64,000 nucleotides of DNA. It comes from an uncultured Bacillales bacterium. Its GTDB lineage: Bacteria; Bacillota_I; Bacilli_A; RF39; UBA660. The stretch's first letter is position 1, and each line of letters opens with the position of its first letter. Below, in pieces: positions 50,139-59,413 of this stretch. A program made the translations under genes and the position numbers. The stretch spans positions 10,149-74,148 of the forward strand of contig CAMODE010000040.1 in the NCBI GenBank assembly GCA_946611235.1, written 5' to 3'. The notes below the pieces were generated by a model. The model was not told the origin of the DNA, made no database searches, and saw only the letters and a program-made list of their open reading frames with translations.

Positions 50139-50849
50139 TTGAAAACATTATTAATAATACCAGCCTATAACGAGGAATTAAATATAGAAAAAACTGTAAA
50201 TAAAATAATAAAGTATAATAAAAAGTCTAAAAATCAAATTGATTATGTAGTAATAAATGACGGAAGTACTGATGAGACATTAAATGTATGTAGAAAAAAC
50301 AATTATAATGTTATTCCGTTAATTAAAAACCTAGGAATAGGAGGAGCAGTACAAACGGGTTATAAATATGCCTATGAAAATGATTATGATATTGCTATCC
50401 AATTTGATGGAGATGGTCAACACGATGAGAACTATATCGATATATTGATAAATGAGATAGAAAAAGGGTATGATTTTGTAATAGGCTCAAGATTTGTATC
50501 TGAATTAAGTAAATTTAAATCCACTGGTACCAGAAGATTTGGCATAAAAATATTATCTCTTTTAATTAAAATATGCACAGGTAAGAAGATATATGATCCC
50601 ACAAGTGGTTTTAGAGCCGCAAATAAAAAGGTTATTAAAATATTTGCCAAAAATTATCCAACTGAATATCCAGAGCCAGAATCTACAACAGATTTAATTA
50701 GAAAAAAATTTAAAATAACTGAAGTCCCAGTTGAGATGCACAAAAGAGAGCAAGGAACATCATCAATAAAACCATTAAAAAGTATATACTATATGTTTAG
50801 TGTGTCAATTGCCATAATCATTACTAGCATAAATAGGGAGGGAAAATAA
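50139..50849 (+). CDS. GT2 polyprenol-phosphate sugar synthase (ArnC/GtrB/CsbB-like) with C-terminal TM
   Basis: TTG start with RBS GAGGAG. LIIPAYNE...VINDGSTD motif. C-terminal hydrophobic helix. Confidence 0.75.
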   Translation: MKTLLIIPAYNEELNIEKTVNKIIKYNKKSKNQIDYVVINDGSTDETLNVCRKNNYNVIPLIKNLGIGGAVQTGYKYAYENDYDIAIQFDGDGQHDENYIDILINEIEKGYDFVIGSRFVSELSKFKSTGTRRFGIKILSLLIKICTGKKIYDPTSGFRAANKKVIKIFAKNYPTEYPEPESTTDLIRKKFKITEVPVEMHKREQGTSSIKPLKSIYYMFSVSIAIIITSINREGK

Positions 50850-50850
50850 T

Positions 50851-51198
50851 ATGAACATTATGTTAAAAGTATTTATATTACTATTACTTTTGCTTCAACT
50901 TATTTTAATTATTAGAACAGTAAAACTAAAAAAACTATCTATGAAGTATGGTAGCTTTTGGATAGTATTACTTATTCTAATGACATTAGTTGTTATTTTT
51001 CCAAATATTGTATTTTCTTTATCAAAACTATTTGGGTTTGAAGTATCATCTAACATGGTATTCCTATTGGGATTCTTTTTCCTATTCTACGTAATATTCA
51101 TACTAACGATAAGTATATCTATTCAAAACGAAAAAATAAAACTGTTGATTCAAGAAATATCAATATTAAAAGAAAGCGTAAAAAAAAATGAAAAGTAG
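50851..51198 (+). CDS. DUF2304-like small membrane protein commonly paired with GT2 sugar synthases
   Basis: 3 TM segments. Immediately follows the GT2 gene. Confidence 0.5.
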   Translation: MNIMLKVFILLLLLLQLILIIRTVKLKKLSMKYGSFWIVLLILMTLVVIFPNIVFSLSKLFGFEVSSNMVFLLGFFFLFYVIFILTISISIQNEKIKLLIQEISILKESVKKNEK

Positions 51199-51208
51199 AG
51201 GTAAAATT

Positions 51209-51562
51209 ATGATTATATTATTATTTGCAGTATATGTTGTTTTGTCATCATCTGGTCTTATACTATTTAAAATAGGTTCTTTAAATCCAAATCTTCATTT
51301 TCAAGTCTTAGGATTAACACTAAATATTTCTGTAAAAAGCATTATTGGCATATTATGCTATGGAGCTAGTTTTCTTCTATGGATGATAATTGTAAGCAAA
51401 ACCAATTTAACAATTGCAATGCCACTTTCGATAGCACTAGTAAATACGCTCGTAATAATTGGATCATGTCTTTTCCTAAAAGAAAAGATAACATTAATAC
51501 AGGGAATAGGAATATTTATTGTAATATTTGGCGTTAGTATTATGTCATGGGGTAGAAAATAA
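51209..51562 (+). CDS. Small 4-TM DMT/SMR-like protein (ArnE/ArnF-type putative polyprenyl-phosphate-sugar flippase subunit)
   Basis: EamA-like 4-helix pattern. Start re-picked at ATG 51209 (RBS AGTAGAGGT). Confidence 0.5.
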   Translation: MIILLFAVYVVLSSSGLILFKIGSLNPNLHFQVLGLTLNISVKSIIGILCYGASFLLWMIIVSKTNLTIAMPLSIALVNTLVIIGSCLFLKEKITLIQGIGIFIVIFGVSIMSWGRK

Positions 51563-53304
51563 TGAAAAAAAATATAATTATCATAATTAGTGCCCTTATT
51601 TCATACATAGGAGTATTAATATCTTCAAAACTTATTTACAATAGTATGTCATTTAATATTATTTTAACAGCATTATTTTTCTTAATATTATATTTTTACT
51701 ATAAGTATAATATAAGTTTAAACAAAAGAGAAAGAATATTTTCATTAATGCTTTCAATGGTTATTAGTTTCCTACTATCAATAGGAAGCATTGTAAGTTT
51801 GTATTCAGATAATGATGTAATGCCAATATTTAATATTAAAAATATAATTTATTGCATTATTTCAATAGTAGGCTTAACAATACTTTTATACAAGATATTC
51901 GGATACATGTTTAAAAAGATAAATACCATTTCCTTATTAGAAGAACATAATAAAATGAACAAAAAGACATTTGTATTAATTACGTTAAGTATATTTATAA
52001 TATATTTTCTATATTTTATAAGATTTTATCCAGCAATTATGACACCTGATTCTTATTATGTTATACACTATTCAAACAACTTCATTTTAAGTGATTTTCA
52101 TCCGTTTGGACATACATGGTTTTTTGGAATATTTTTTCATTTAGGAAAATTGCTTTTTAATAATTTGAATAAGGCAGTTGCTTTTGCTACATTAGTTCAA
52201 ATGGGAATAATGTCATTAATCTTTTCAAACGTGATAAAGTTCTTATATAACAAAGGGGTAAAGAAATGGATATGCATAATGATATTCATTGCATACGCAT
52301 TTAGTCCATTACATGCATATTATAGCATCACAGTATGGAGGGATATATTATTCGGAGGCTCGTTTGCAATACTAATGATATCATTATATGAACTTATAAG
52401 CAATGAAAAAGAAATAAACAAAAAATATATTATATTGTTTATACTAGGTTCATTAATATTGTTATTTTTTAGAAATAATGGTATATATATTTATCTATTC
52501 ATGATACCATTTATAATTATTTTTTTCAAGAAAAAAAGATTACTATACAGTATTATAACTATTACAACTATAGTGTTCTATTTTGTAATTAAAGGACCAG
52601 TGTTCAATTATTTTAATGTTGAAAAAACAACGTCAGTGGAAGCATTTTCTATACCACTTCAACAAATGGCACGCGTAATTTCATCATCAAAAGAAATAAG
52701 CGGTGAAGATAGAAAGTATCTTGAAAAACTATTTGAGTATGATAAAGTGTCTGAAAATTATAAAACTTATATAAGTGATCCAGTTAAAAATTTAACTAAT
52801 AACGAAATATTATCAAATGATAAAAAAGAATTCATTAAAACATATTCAAGTTTATTTTTTAAGTATCCAAATATCTATTTTGATGCATATTTTTTACAAA
52901 CATTAGGATATTGGTATCCAGATATAATTTATAACTGTACTGGCGGAGAATCAAGTAGTATTTTTTCAACGGAAAATATTTCAAGTTATCCACTTACTCC
53001 ATCATTTTATAATAAAATTATAGATTTTACAGTTTCCAGAAAAATTCCTTTATCTAATTTAATTTGGAGTGTTGGTCTCCAGTTCATTATTCTATTAATA
53101 TCAACATTCATAATGTGTTATTTAAAAAAATATAAATACATAATATGCTTTATACCATTATATGGGTTATGGTTGTCTATTATGGTAGCAACACCAGTAT
53201 TTTGCGAACTAAGATATATCTATGGATTATTTGTTTGCACACCATTAACAATATTTATTCCTTTTCTTTTGAACAATAAATCTTTAAAAAGGAGAAGTAT
53301 ATGA
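51562..53304 (+). CDS. Large polytopic membrane protein, candidate GT-C-fold glycosyltransferase (ArnT/YfhO-like role)
   Basis: ~12+ TM helices, extracytoplasmic loops. Gene context with GT2 and flippase. No motif confirmed. Confidence 0.4.
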   Translation: MKKNIIIIISALISYIGVLISSKLIYNSMSFNIILTALFFLILYFYYKYNISLNKRERIFSLMLSMVISFLLSIGSIVSLYSDNDVMPIFNIKNIIYCIISIVGLTILLYKIFGYMFKKINTISLLEEHNKMNKKTFVLITLSIFIIYFLYFIRFYPAIMTPDSYYVIHYSNNFILSDFHPFGHTWFFGIFFHLGKLLFNNLNKAVAFATLVQMGIMSLIFSNVIKFLYNKGVKKWICIMIFIAYAFSPLHAYYSITVWRDILFGGSFAILMISLYELISNEKEINKKYIILFILGSLILLFFRNNGIYIYLFMIPFIIIFFKKKRLLYSIITITTIVFYFVIKGPVFNYFNVEKTTSVEAFSIPLQQMARVISSSKEISGEDRKYLEKLFEYDKVSENYKTYISDPVKNLTNNEILSNDKKEFIKTYSSLFFKYPNIYFDAYFLQTLGYWYPDIIYNCTGGESSSIFSTENISSYPLTPSFYNKIIDFTVSRKIPLSNLIWSVGLQFIILLISTFIMCYLKKYKYIICFIPLYGLWLSIMVATPVFCELRYIYGLFVCTPLTIFIPFLLNNKSLKRRSI

Positions 53305-54401
53305 TTAGAGTATTAAGTATATTTGGAACAAGACCAGAAGCCATTAAAATGGCTCCTCTCGTTAAAGAACTAGAAAGTAGAAAAGAGATTGAAAACATTG
53401 TCTGTGTAACAGCACAGCATAGAGAAATGTTAGATCAAGTATTAGAAGTATTTAATATTAAACCAGATTATGATTTAAATATCATGAAAAAAAGCCAAAC
53501 ATTATCAGAGATAACATCTAGAGTACTATTAGGTCTAGAAGAAGTAATTCAAAAAGAAAAACCAAATATTATTTTAGTACATGGTGATACAACAACGACA
53601 TTTGCAGGTGCACTAGCGGCTTTTTACAACCAGGTAGATATAGGTCATGTTGAAGCAGGACTTAGAACTTGGAATAAATATTCACCATTTCCTGAAGAAA
53701 TGAATAGACAAATGGTTGATAGAATGACAGATATGTTTTTTGCTCCAACAGAAGTAAGTAAGAAAAATTTACTAAATGAAAATATAGAAGAGAATAAGAT
53801 ATATATAACGGGAAATACCGCTATTGACGCTATGAAATATACTGTAAAAAAAGATTATTCTAATGAAATATTTGATTGGCTAGGAGATTCTAAATTTATA
53901 CTATTAACCGCACATCGTAGAGAAAATTTAGGAGATCCTATGAGAAATATCTTTAAAGCCGTAAGAAGAATAGTACTAGATAATGAAGATGTAAAAATAA
54001 TCTATCCTATTCATATGAATCCAATAGTTAGAGAAATAGCAGGAGAAATATTAGATGGTATTGATAGAGTTAAACTTATTGAACCATTAGAAGTATTTGA
54101 TTTCCATAATTTTATTAATAGAAGTTATCTTATTTTAACAGATTCGGGTGGCATTCAAGAAGAAGCACCATCTCTTGGTAAACCTGTATTAGTACTTCGT
54201 GATACTACCGAAAGACCCGAAGGAATTGATGCAGGTACATTAAAACTAGTAGGTACTAATGAAGAAACAATATATGGTGAAACAATGAAATTATTAAATA
54301 ATAAAGAAGAATATAATAAAATGAGTAAAGCATCTAATCCATACGGCGATGGTAATGCTAGTAAATATATAGTAGATGCAATCATCGATAGATATAAATA
54401 A
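53301..54401 (+). CDS. mnaA: UDP-N-acetylglucosamine 2-epimerase (non-hydrolysing)
   Basis: N-terminal VLSIFGTRPEAIKMAPLV and overall WecB/MnaA family similarity. Confidence 0.9.
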   Translation: MIRVLSIFGTRPEAIKMAPLVKELESRKEIENIVCVTAQHREMLDQVLEVFNIKPDYDLNIMKKSQTLSEITSRVLLGLEEVIQKEKPNIILVHGDTTTTFAGALAAFYNQVDIGHVEAGLRTWNKYSPFPEEMNRQMVDRMTDMFFAPTEVSKKNLLNENIEENKIYITGNTAIDAMKYTVKKDYSNEIFDWLGDSKFILLTAHRRENLGDPMRNIFKAVRRIVLDNEDVKIIYPIHMNPIVREIAGEILDGIDRVKLIEPLEVFDFHNFINRSYLILTDSGGIQEEAPSLGKPVLVLRDTTERPEGIDAGTLKLVGTNEETIYGETMKLLNNKEEYNKMSKASNPYGDGNASKYIVDAIIDRYK

Positions 54402-54406
54402 ATATT

Positions 54407-54436
54407 AAAAGTTACTTAATTACAAGTAACTTTTTA
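54407..54436 (+). terminator. Rho-independent terminator
   Basis: AAAAGTTACTT / AAGTAACTTTT 11-bp stem plus T-run. Confidence 0.55.
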
Positions 54437-54502
54437 AATTATATTGATAAAAAGCCCGTTTTGCTATATAATAAAAATGTAATTAAATTTAAGGAGTTTT
54501 AT

Positions 54503-55573
54503 ATGGAAATTGAAGAAGTATTATTGATAGTATTAACAACATTTGCCTTTTCTGCTATTTCTATACCAATAGTGAAGAAAATAGCAGAGTTTATTGGTGC
54601 GATGGATATACCAAATGAAAGAAAGGTGCATAAAAAACCAATACCTAGACTAGGAGGATTAGGAATATATGGTGGATTTCTATTAGGATACATGTTATTT
54701 GGCCAACATTCTGTTCAAATGAATGCCATATTAATAGGAAGCTTTATCATACTAGTTACAGGTATTTTTGATGATATTAAACCAGTACCTGCTAAATACA
54801 AATTCTTAGCCCAAATAGTAGGAGCATCAGTTATCCCATTATATGGAGGAATATTACTTCAAGATATATCAGCATTTGGCTTATATCTTAATTTTGGAGT
54901 ATTTGCTTACCCAATAACAATATTATTTATTGTAGGAATAGTAAATTGTATCAATTTAATAGATGGATTAGATGGCTTATCATCCGGAATATCAAGTATT
55001 TATTTCTTAACAATAGGAATAATTGGACTACTACTTAATAATTCAAATGGATTAGATGTCACATTAACATTTATAATGCTAGGAAGTACATTAGGATTTC
55101 TATTACATAATTTTCATCCAGCAAAAATATTTATGGGTGATTCAGGTAGCATGTTTTTAGGATACATAATCGCAGTAATATCACTATTAGGATTTAAAAA
55201 TGTAACCTTAACATCATTTGTAGTACCGATGTTTTTACTTGCAATACCAGTAATGGATACACTATTTGCTATATTAAGAAGAATAATAAATCATAAACCA
55301 ATAGGAATGCCTGATAAAAATCACTTACATCATCAGTTACTGAAGATGAAACTATCGCAAACAAAGACCGTATTAGTAATATATTCTGTTGATATGTTAT
55401 TTGCTATAGCATCAATTCTATATGTAATAGGTAATCAAATGTTAGGTACCAATATGTATGGTATCATAATATATATAATTCTCTTATTACTTACAGTAGT
55501 ATTAGTATTTAAAACAAATATAATTTGGAATCATGATAAGAAAAAAGAAAATAGCAAAGTTAGCACTAATTAA
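54503..55573 (+). CDS. tagO: Undecaprenyl-phosphate N-acetylglucosamine-1-phosphate transferase (TagO/WecA, MraY family)
   Basis: MraY/WecA motifs (NLIDGLDGLSSG). Start re-picked at ATG 54503 (RBS AAGGAG). Confidence 0.85.
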   Translation: MEIEEVLLIVLTTFAFSAISIPIVKKIAEFIGAMDIPNERKVHKKPIPRLGGLGIYGGFLLGYMLFGQHSVQMNAILIGSFIILVTGIFDDIKPVPAKYKFLAQIVGASVIPLYGGILLQDISAFGLYLNFGVFAYPITILFIVGIVNCINLIDGLDGLSSGISSIYFLTIGIIGLLLNNSNGLDVTLTFIMLGSTLGFLLHNFHPAKIFMGDSGSMFLGYIIAVISLLGFKNVTLTSFVVPMFLLAIPVMDTLFAILRRIINHKPIGMPDKNHLHHQLLKMKLSQTKTVLVIYSVDMLFAIASILYVIGNQMLGTNMYGIIIYIILLLLTVVLVFKTNIIWNHDKKKENSKVSTN

Positions 55574-55593
55574 AAAATGTTAGTGCTTTTTTA
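55562..55593 (+). terminator. Rho-independent terminator closing the glycopolymer locus
   Basis: AGCACTAA / TTAGTGCT stem plus TTTTTT. Confidence 0.6.
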
Positions 55594-55632
55594 ATATATT
55601 TATGATAAAATTAGATTAGGATAAGTGATAAA

Positions 55633-56907
55633 ATGAATATAATTGATATAATAGTAAAGAAAAAAAATAAAGAAGTTCTTAATGAAGAAGAAATAAAGTA
55701 TGTAGTAGAGGGTTTTGTAAATGGTAGTATTAAAGACTATCAAATGTCAGCATTATTAATGGCTATTACCATAAATGGAATGACAGATGAAGAAACAATA
55801 TCATTAACTAAATATATGCTACAATCAGGAAGTGTTCTAGATTTAAGCATGTTTAATAATGTCGTTGATAAACATTCTACAGGAGGAGTAGGTGATAAAA
55901 CTACATTAATAATATCCCCAATTGTGGCTGTACTCGGGTGTAAAGTAGCCAAAATGAGTGGAAGAGGGCTTGGTATAACTGGAGGTACTATTGATAAATT
56001 AGAAAGTATCCCTGGATTTAATGTTAATTTAACAAAGGAAGAATTCATTGATGAACTGGGTAAGGTTGGAATGGTAATAACTAGTCAAACAGACACTATA
56101 GCATTTGCAGATAAAAAAATATATGCCTTAAGAGATGTAACAGGAACAACTGAATCCATACCCCTTATTGCTTCATCTATCATGAGTAAAAAAATAGCCT
56201 CAGGATCAAAAAACTTAGTATTAGACATCAAAGTAGGAGAGGGAGCTCTTATTAAAAATATTGAAGATGCAAGACATCTAGCTAATTTAATGATAAAAAT
56301 AGGTAAATCAAATAATATGAAAGTTATATGTTTACTTACCAATATGGATGTTCCTTTAGGAAATAATATTGGAAATAGTGTAGAAGTACTTGAAGCAATA
56401 AATATTCTATATTATGGAATAGATAATTATCTAACAAGACTATGTATAGAATTAGCAAGTTATATGGTCAGTTTAGGACTAAATATAGATTATATGATGG
56501 CAAAGCAAAAAGTAATAGAAGTAATTAAAAATAAAACAGCATATAATAAACTATTAGAATTTATTGCATATCAAAAAGGAGAAATAAATAAATTACCTAA
56601 GAGTAGCAAAATGTACGAAATAAAAAGTAATGAAGAAGGATATTTAATAAATATATCTTCTCTAGAAGTAGCAAAATTATCTAGTTTACTAGGAGCTTCT
56701 CGTCAAACTAAAGAAGATACAATTGACTATTCTGCTGGTATCATAATAAATAAAAACCTAAATGATAAAATTAATATTGGAGATACAATAATGACATTAT
56801 ACACAAATAAAAATACTATTCCAAATATCGATATAAATAAACTGTTTACAATAGGTAGTACTCCAAATAGTAGTTTTACATTAATTTATGAAATAATTAA
56901 AGACTAA
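55633..56907 (+). CDS. pdp: Pyrimidine-nucleoside (thymidine) phosphorylase
   Basis: DKHSTGGVGDKTT phosphate-binding motif. ~424 aa. Confidence 0.9.
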   Translation: MNIIDIIVKKKNKEVLNEEEIKYVVEGFVNGSIKDYQMSALLMAITINGMTDEETISLTKYMLQSGSVLDLSMFNNVVDKHSTGGVGDKTTLIISPIVAVLGCKVAKMSGRGLGITGGTIDKLESIPGFNVNLTKEEFIDELGKVGMVITSQTDTIAFADKKIYALRDVTGTTESIPLIASSIMSKKIASGSKNLVLDIKVGEGALIKNIEDARHLANLMIKIGKSNNMKVICLLTNMDVPLGNNIGNSVEVLEAINILYYGIDNYLTRLCIELASYMVSLGLNIDYMMAKQKVIEVIKNKTAYNKLLEFIAYQKGEINKLPKSSKMYEIKSNEEGYLINISSLEVAKLSSLLGASRQTKEDTIDYSAGIIINKNLNDKINIGDTIMTLYTNKNTIPNIDINKLFTIGSTPNSSFTLIYEIIKD

Positions 56908-56964
56908 AAGATTTACAAAATAAATAAATTATAGTATTATATTAAACATGAAAGAAGGTATAAA

Positions 56965-58335
56965 ATGGAAAATATGACAATGGAAAAAATGGTTGGTTTA
57001 TGTAAACAATACGGTTTTATTTTTCAAGGTAGTGAAATATATGGAGGACTTGCAAATACTTGGGATTACGGTCCGCTAGGAGCAAGACTTAAAAATAATG
57101 TTAAAGACGCATGGAGAAAAAGATTCATTCAAGAAAGAGAAAATGCCTATGAAGTAGATGCTGACATATTAATGCATCCAAGAGTATGGGAAGCATCTGG
57201 TCATGTCGATTCATTTGCAGACCCACTTCTTGATTGCAAGGAATGTAAAACCCGTCATCGAGCAGATAATCTAATTAATGATTATTCAAACTCCTCAATA
57301 GGAGATGCTATGACTAACGAAGAAATGGTAAACTATATTAGAGAAAACAAAGTACCATGTCCTAAATGTGGCAAATCTAATTTTACTGATATAAGACAAT
57401 TTAAATTAATGTTTGAAACATATCGAGGAGTTACTCAAGATTCAAAAAGTGTTGTATATTTAAGACCAGAAAATGCACAAGGAGAATATGTAAACTTTTT
57501 AAATGTCCAAAGAAGTATGCGAGCTAAATTACCATTTAGTATTGGACAAATTGGAAAAGCCTTTAGAAACGAAATAACTCCGGGTAACTTTACCTTTAGA
57601 ACTATCGAGTTTGAACAAATGGAATATCAAACATTCTGTAAAGAAGGTAATGATCAAGAATTATATGAATATTTTAAGGAATATGGAAAAAAATTCTATA
57701 TGGATTTAGGTTTACCTGAAGAAGATTTAAGATTTCATGATCATGAGAAACTTGCTCACTATGCAAAAGCAGCATGCGATATAGAGTATAAATTCCCATT
57801 TGGATGGGGTGAAATAAATGGTACTCATAATCGTACAAATTACGATTTAACAAGACACACAGAGTATAGTGGTATTCCTCAAACATATTTAGATCCCGAT
57901 ACCAATGAAAAATATATACCTTACATTATCGAATCAACATATGGATTAGATAGAACCGTACTAGCAGTTCTATTTAATGCTTATCATGAAGAAACACTTG
58001 AAGATGGAACAACTAGAGAAGTAATGAAATTGCGTCCATTCTTAGCACCATATAAAGTATGTGTGTTACCTTTAGTAAAAAAGTATCATAGTGAAAAAGC
58101 AATGGAAATATATAAAGAATTATCAAAGCATTTTATGACTACATATGATGAATCTGGAAGTATCGGAAAAAGATACAGAAGACAAGATATAATTGGTACT
58201 CCGTGGTGTATAACAATAGATGAAGAAACAATAAATAATGGTACAGTCACTATAAGAGATAGAGATACCATGAATCAAATAACAATCAAAGTAGAAGATA
58301 TAGTAAAATATGTAGAAGAGAGGACAAAATTCTAG
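56965..58335 (+). CDS. glyQS: Glycyl-tRNA synthetase, single-chain alpha2 type
   Basis: GSEIYGGLANTWDYGPLG N-terminal motif and class II core. Confidence 0.95.
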   Translation: MENMTMEKMVGLCKQYGFIFQGSEIYGGLANTWDYGPLGARLKNNVKDAWRKRFIQERENAYEVDADILMHPRVWEASGHVDSFADPLLDCKECKTRHRADNLINDYSNSSIGDAMTNEEMVNYIRENKVPCPKCGKSNFTDIRQFKLMFETYRGVTQDSKSVVYLRPENAQGEYVNFLNVQRSMRAKLPFSIGQIGKAFRNEITPGNFTFRTIEFEQMEYQTFCKEGNDQELYEYFKEYGKKFYMDLGLPEEDLRFHDHEKLAHYAKAACDIEYKFPFGWGEINGTHNRTNYDLTRHTEYSGIPQTYLDPDTNEKYIPYIIESTYGLDRTVLAVLFNAYHEETLEDGTTREVMKLRPFLAPYKVCVLPLVKKYHSEKAMEIYKELSKHFMTTYDESGSIGKRYRRQDIIGTPWCITIDEETINNGTVTIRDRDTMNQITIKVEDIVKYVEERTKF

Positions 58336-58419
58336 TAAATTCTAGAAATTTCTCTCTTTTTCTTTACTTTTAGACATTCACTATGCTATAATTTATTTAT
58401 AAGATAGCAAGGTGAGTGT

Positions 58420-59364
58420 ATGGAAGAAAAAAATAAAGAAATAGTTAATTATATAGAATATAAAGTTAAAGAATTACAGGCTATGTCTATGTATGTTCCA
58501 AAGGAAAATATAGATAAACTAGTAAATGCCTTTACTAATAGAGTAGAAGATATAAATGTCATAAAAACAAGAATAGATACAATTTTTAATAATAGCGTAT
58601 CAGCATATAAAAAAACTTTAGATCGAGAAGAATATGCATTTGATGATTTAATGAAAGTATATGAAAAAATAGAAAAAATGAACAAGCCAAAGGTAAAACT
58701 ATACTTATCTGGTGGTTTAGTACCCTATGTTTTATTAGACCAAAAATCCGAAAGAAAACATACTGATCTAGATTTGCTTTGTAAAAAAGAGGATATGAGA
58801 ATCATTAGAGAAGTATTTAGGAATAATGATTTATATGATCCCAAAAAAGATAGTTTAACTTACACGGTAAACAATATTGATTATGGTTTTGAAATAATAA
58901 TCGATAAAGTTAAAGTAAATATATCGGCATTTGAAGAAAAAGAAGATGGAATAGTTGAATACTATTTTAATAGTAAAACTAAAATGGGAAGAATAAAAAA
59001 TATAAATGCTAAATTAAATGATTATATAGTTCCCTATGTATCATCAAATAATAAAAAATATTTAACAAAATCGTTAGAACTCATAATAGCAGATAAACTA
59101 TTATTGAATAGAGAAAAAGATAAAAAAGATATTGAAAAAATCCAAGAGTGTAATGGAATAAGTGTAGAAAAAATAAAAAAAATACCTCTCCCACTTGTAA
59201 AAGAAGAAAAACTAGTTGGAGATAACTTAGAATTTACAAGTACCATGCCTCGTATTAAATTAGAAATACCAAAGAAAGAAAAAAATGGTGGCTTTATAAA
59301 TATCGGAACAATCTTACTATTTATAGCAATAGTAGTTTGCTTAATTCTAACATTAAATAAATGA
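58420..59364 (+). CDS. Nucleotidyltransferase-fold protein (LnuA/ANT(2'')-like core) with N-terminal coiled region and C-terminal TM anchor
   Basis: LYLSGGLVPYVLLDQKSERKHTDLDLL matches the G[GS]...[DE]hDh polymerase-beta NTase signature, similar to LnuA (LDGGWGVDVL...HRDIDIDF). C-terminal TILLFIAIVVCLILTL. Confidence 0.55.
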   Translation: MEEKNKEIVNYIEYKVKELQAMSMYVPKENIDKLVNAFTNRVEDINVIKTRIDTIFNNSVSAYKKTLDREEYAFDDLMKVYEKIEKMNKPKVKLYLSGGLVPYVLLDQKSERKHTDLDLLCKKEDMRIIREVFRNNDLYDPKKDSLTYTVNNIDYGFEIIIDKVKVNISAFEEKEDGIVEYYFNSKTKMGRIKNINAKLNDYIVPYVSSNNKKYLTKSLELIIADKLLLNREKDKKDIEKIQECNGISVEKIKKIPLPLVKEEKLVGDNLEFTSTMPRIKLEIPKKEKNGGFINIGTILLFIAIVVCLILTLNK

Positions 59365-59413
59365 TAGACTTGCATAAGTCTATTTTTTGTTATAAAATAT
59401 TCATGTGATTTAT

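Noticed and set aside
56908-56964. Expected T-box upstream of glyQS
   Set aside because: Only 57 nt of AT-rich spacer with an RBS. No T-box sequence or terminator is present.
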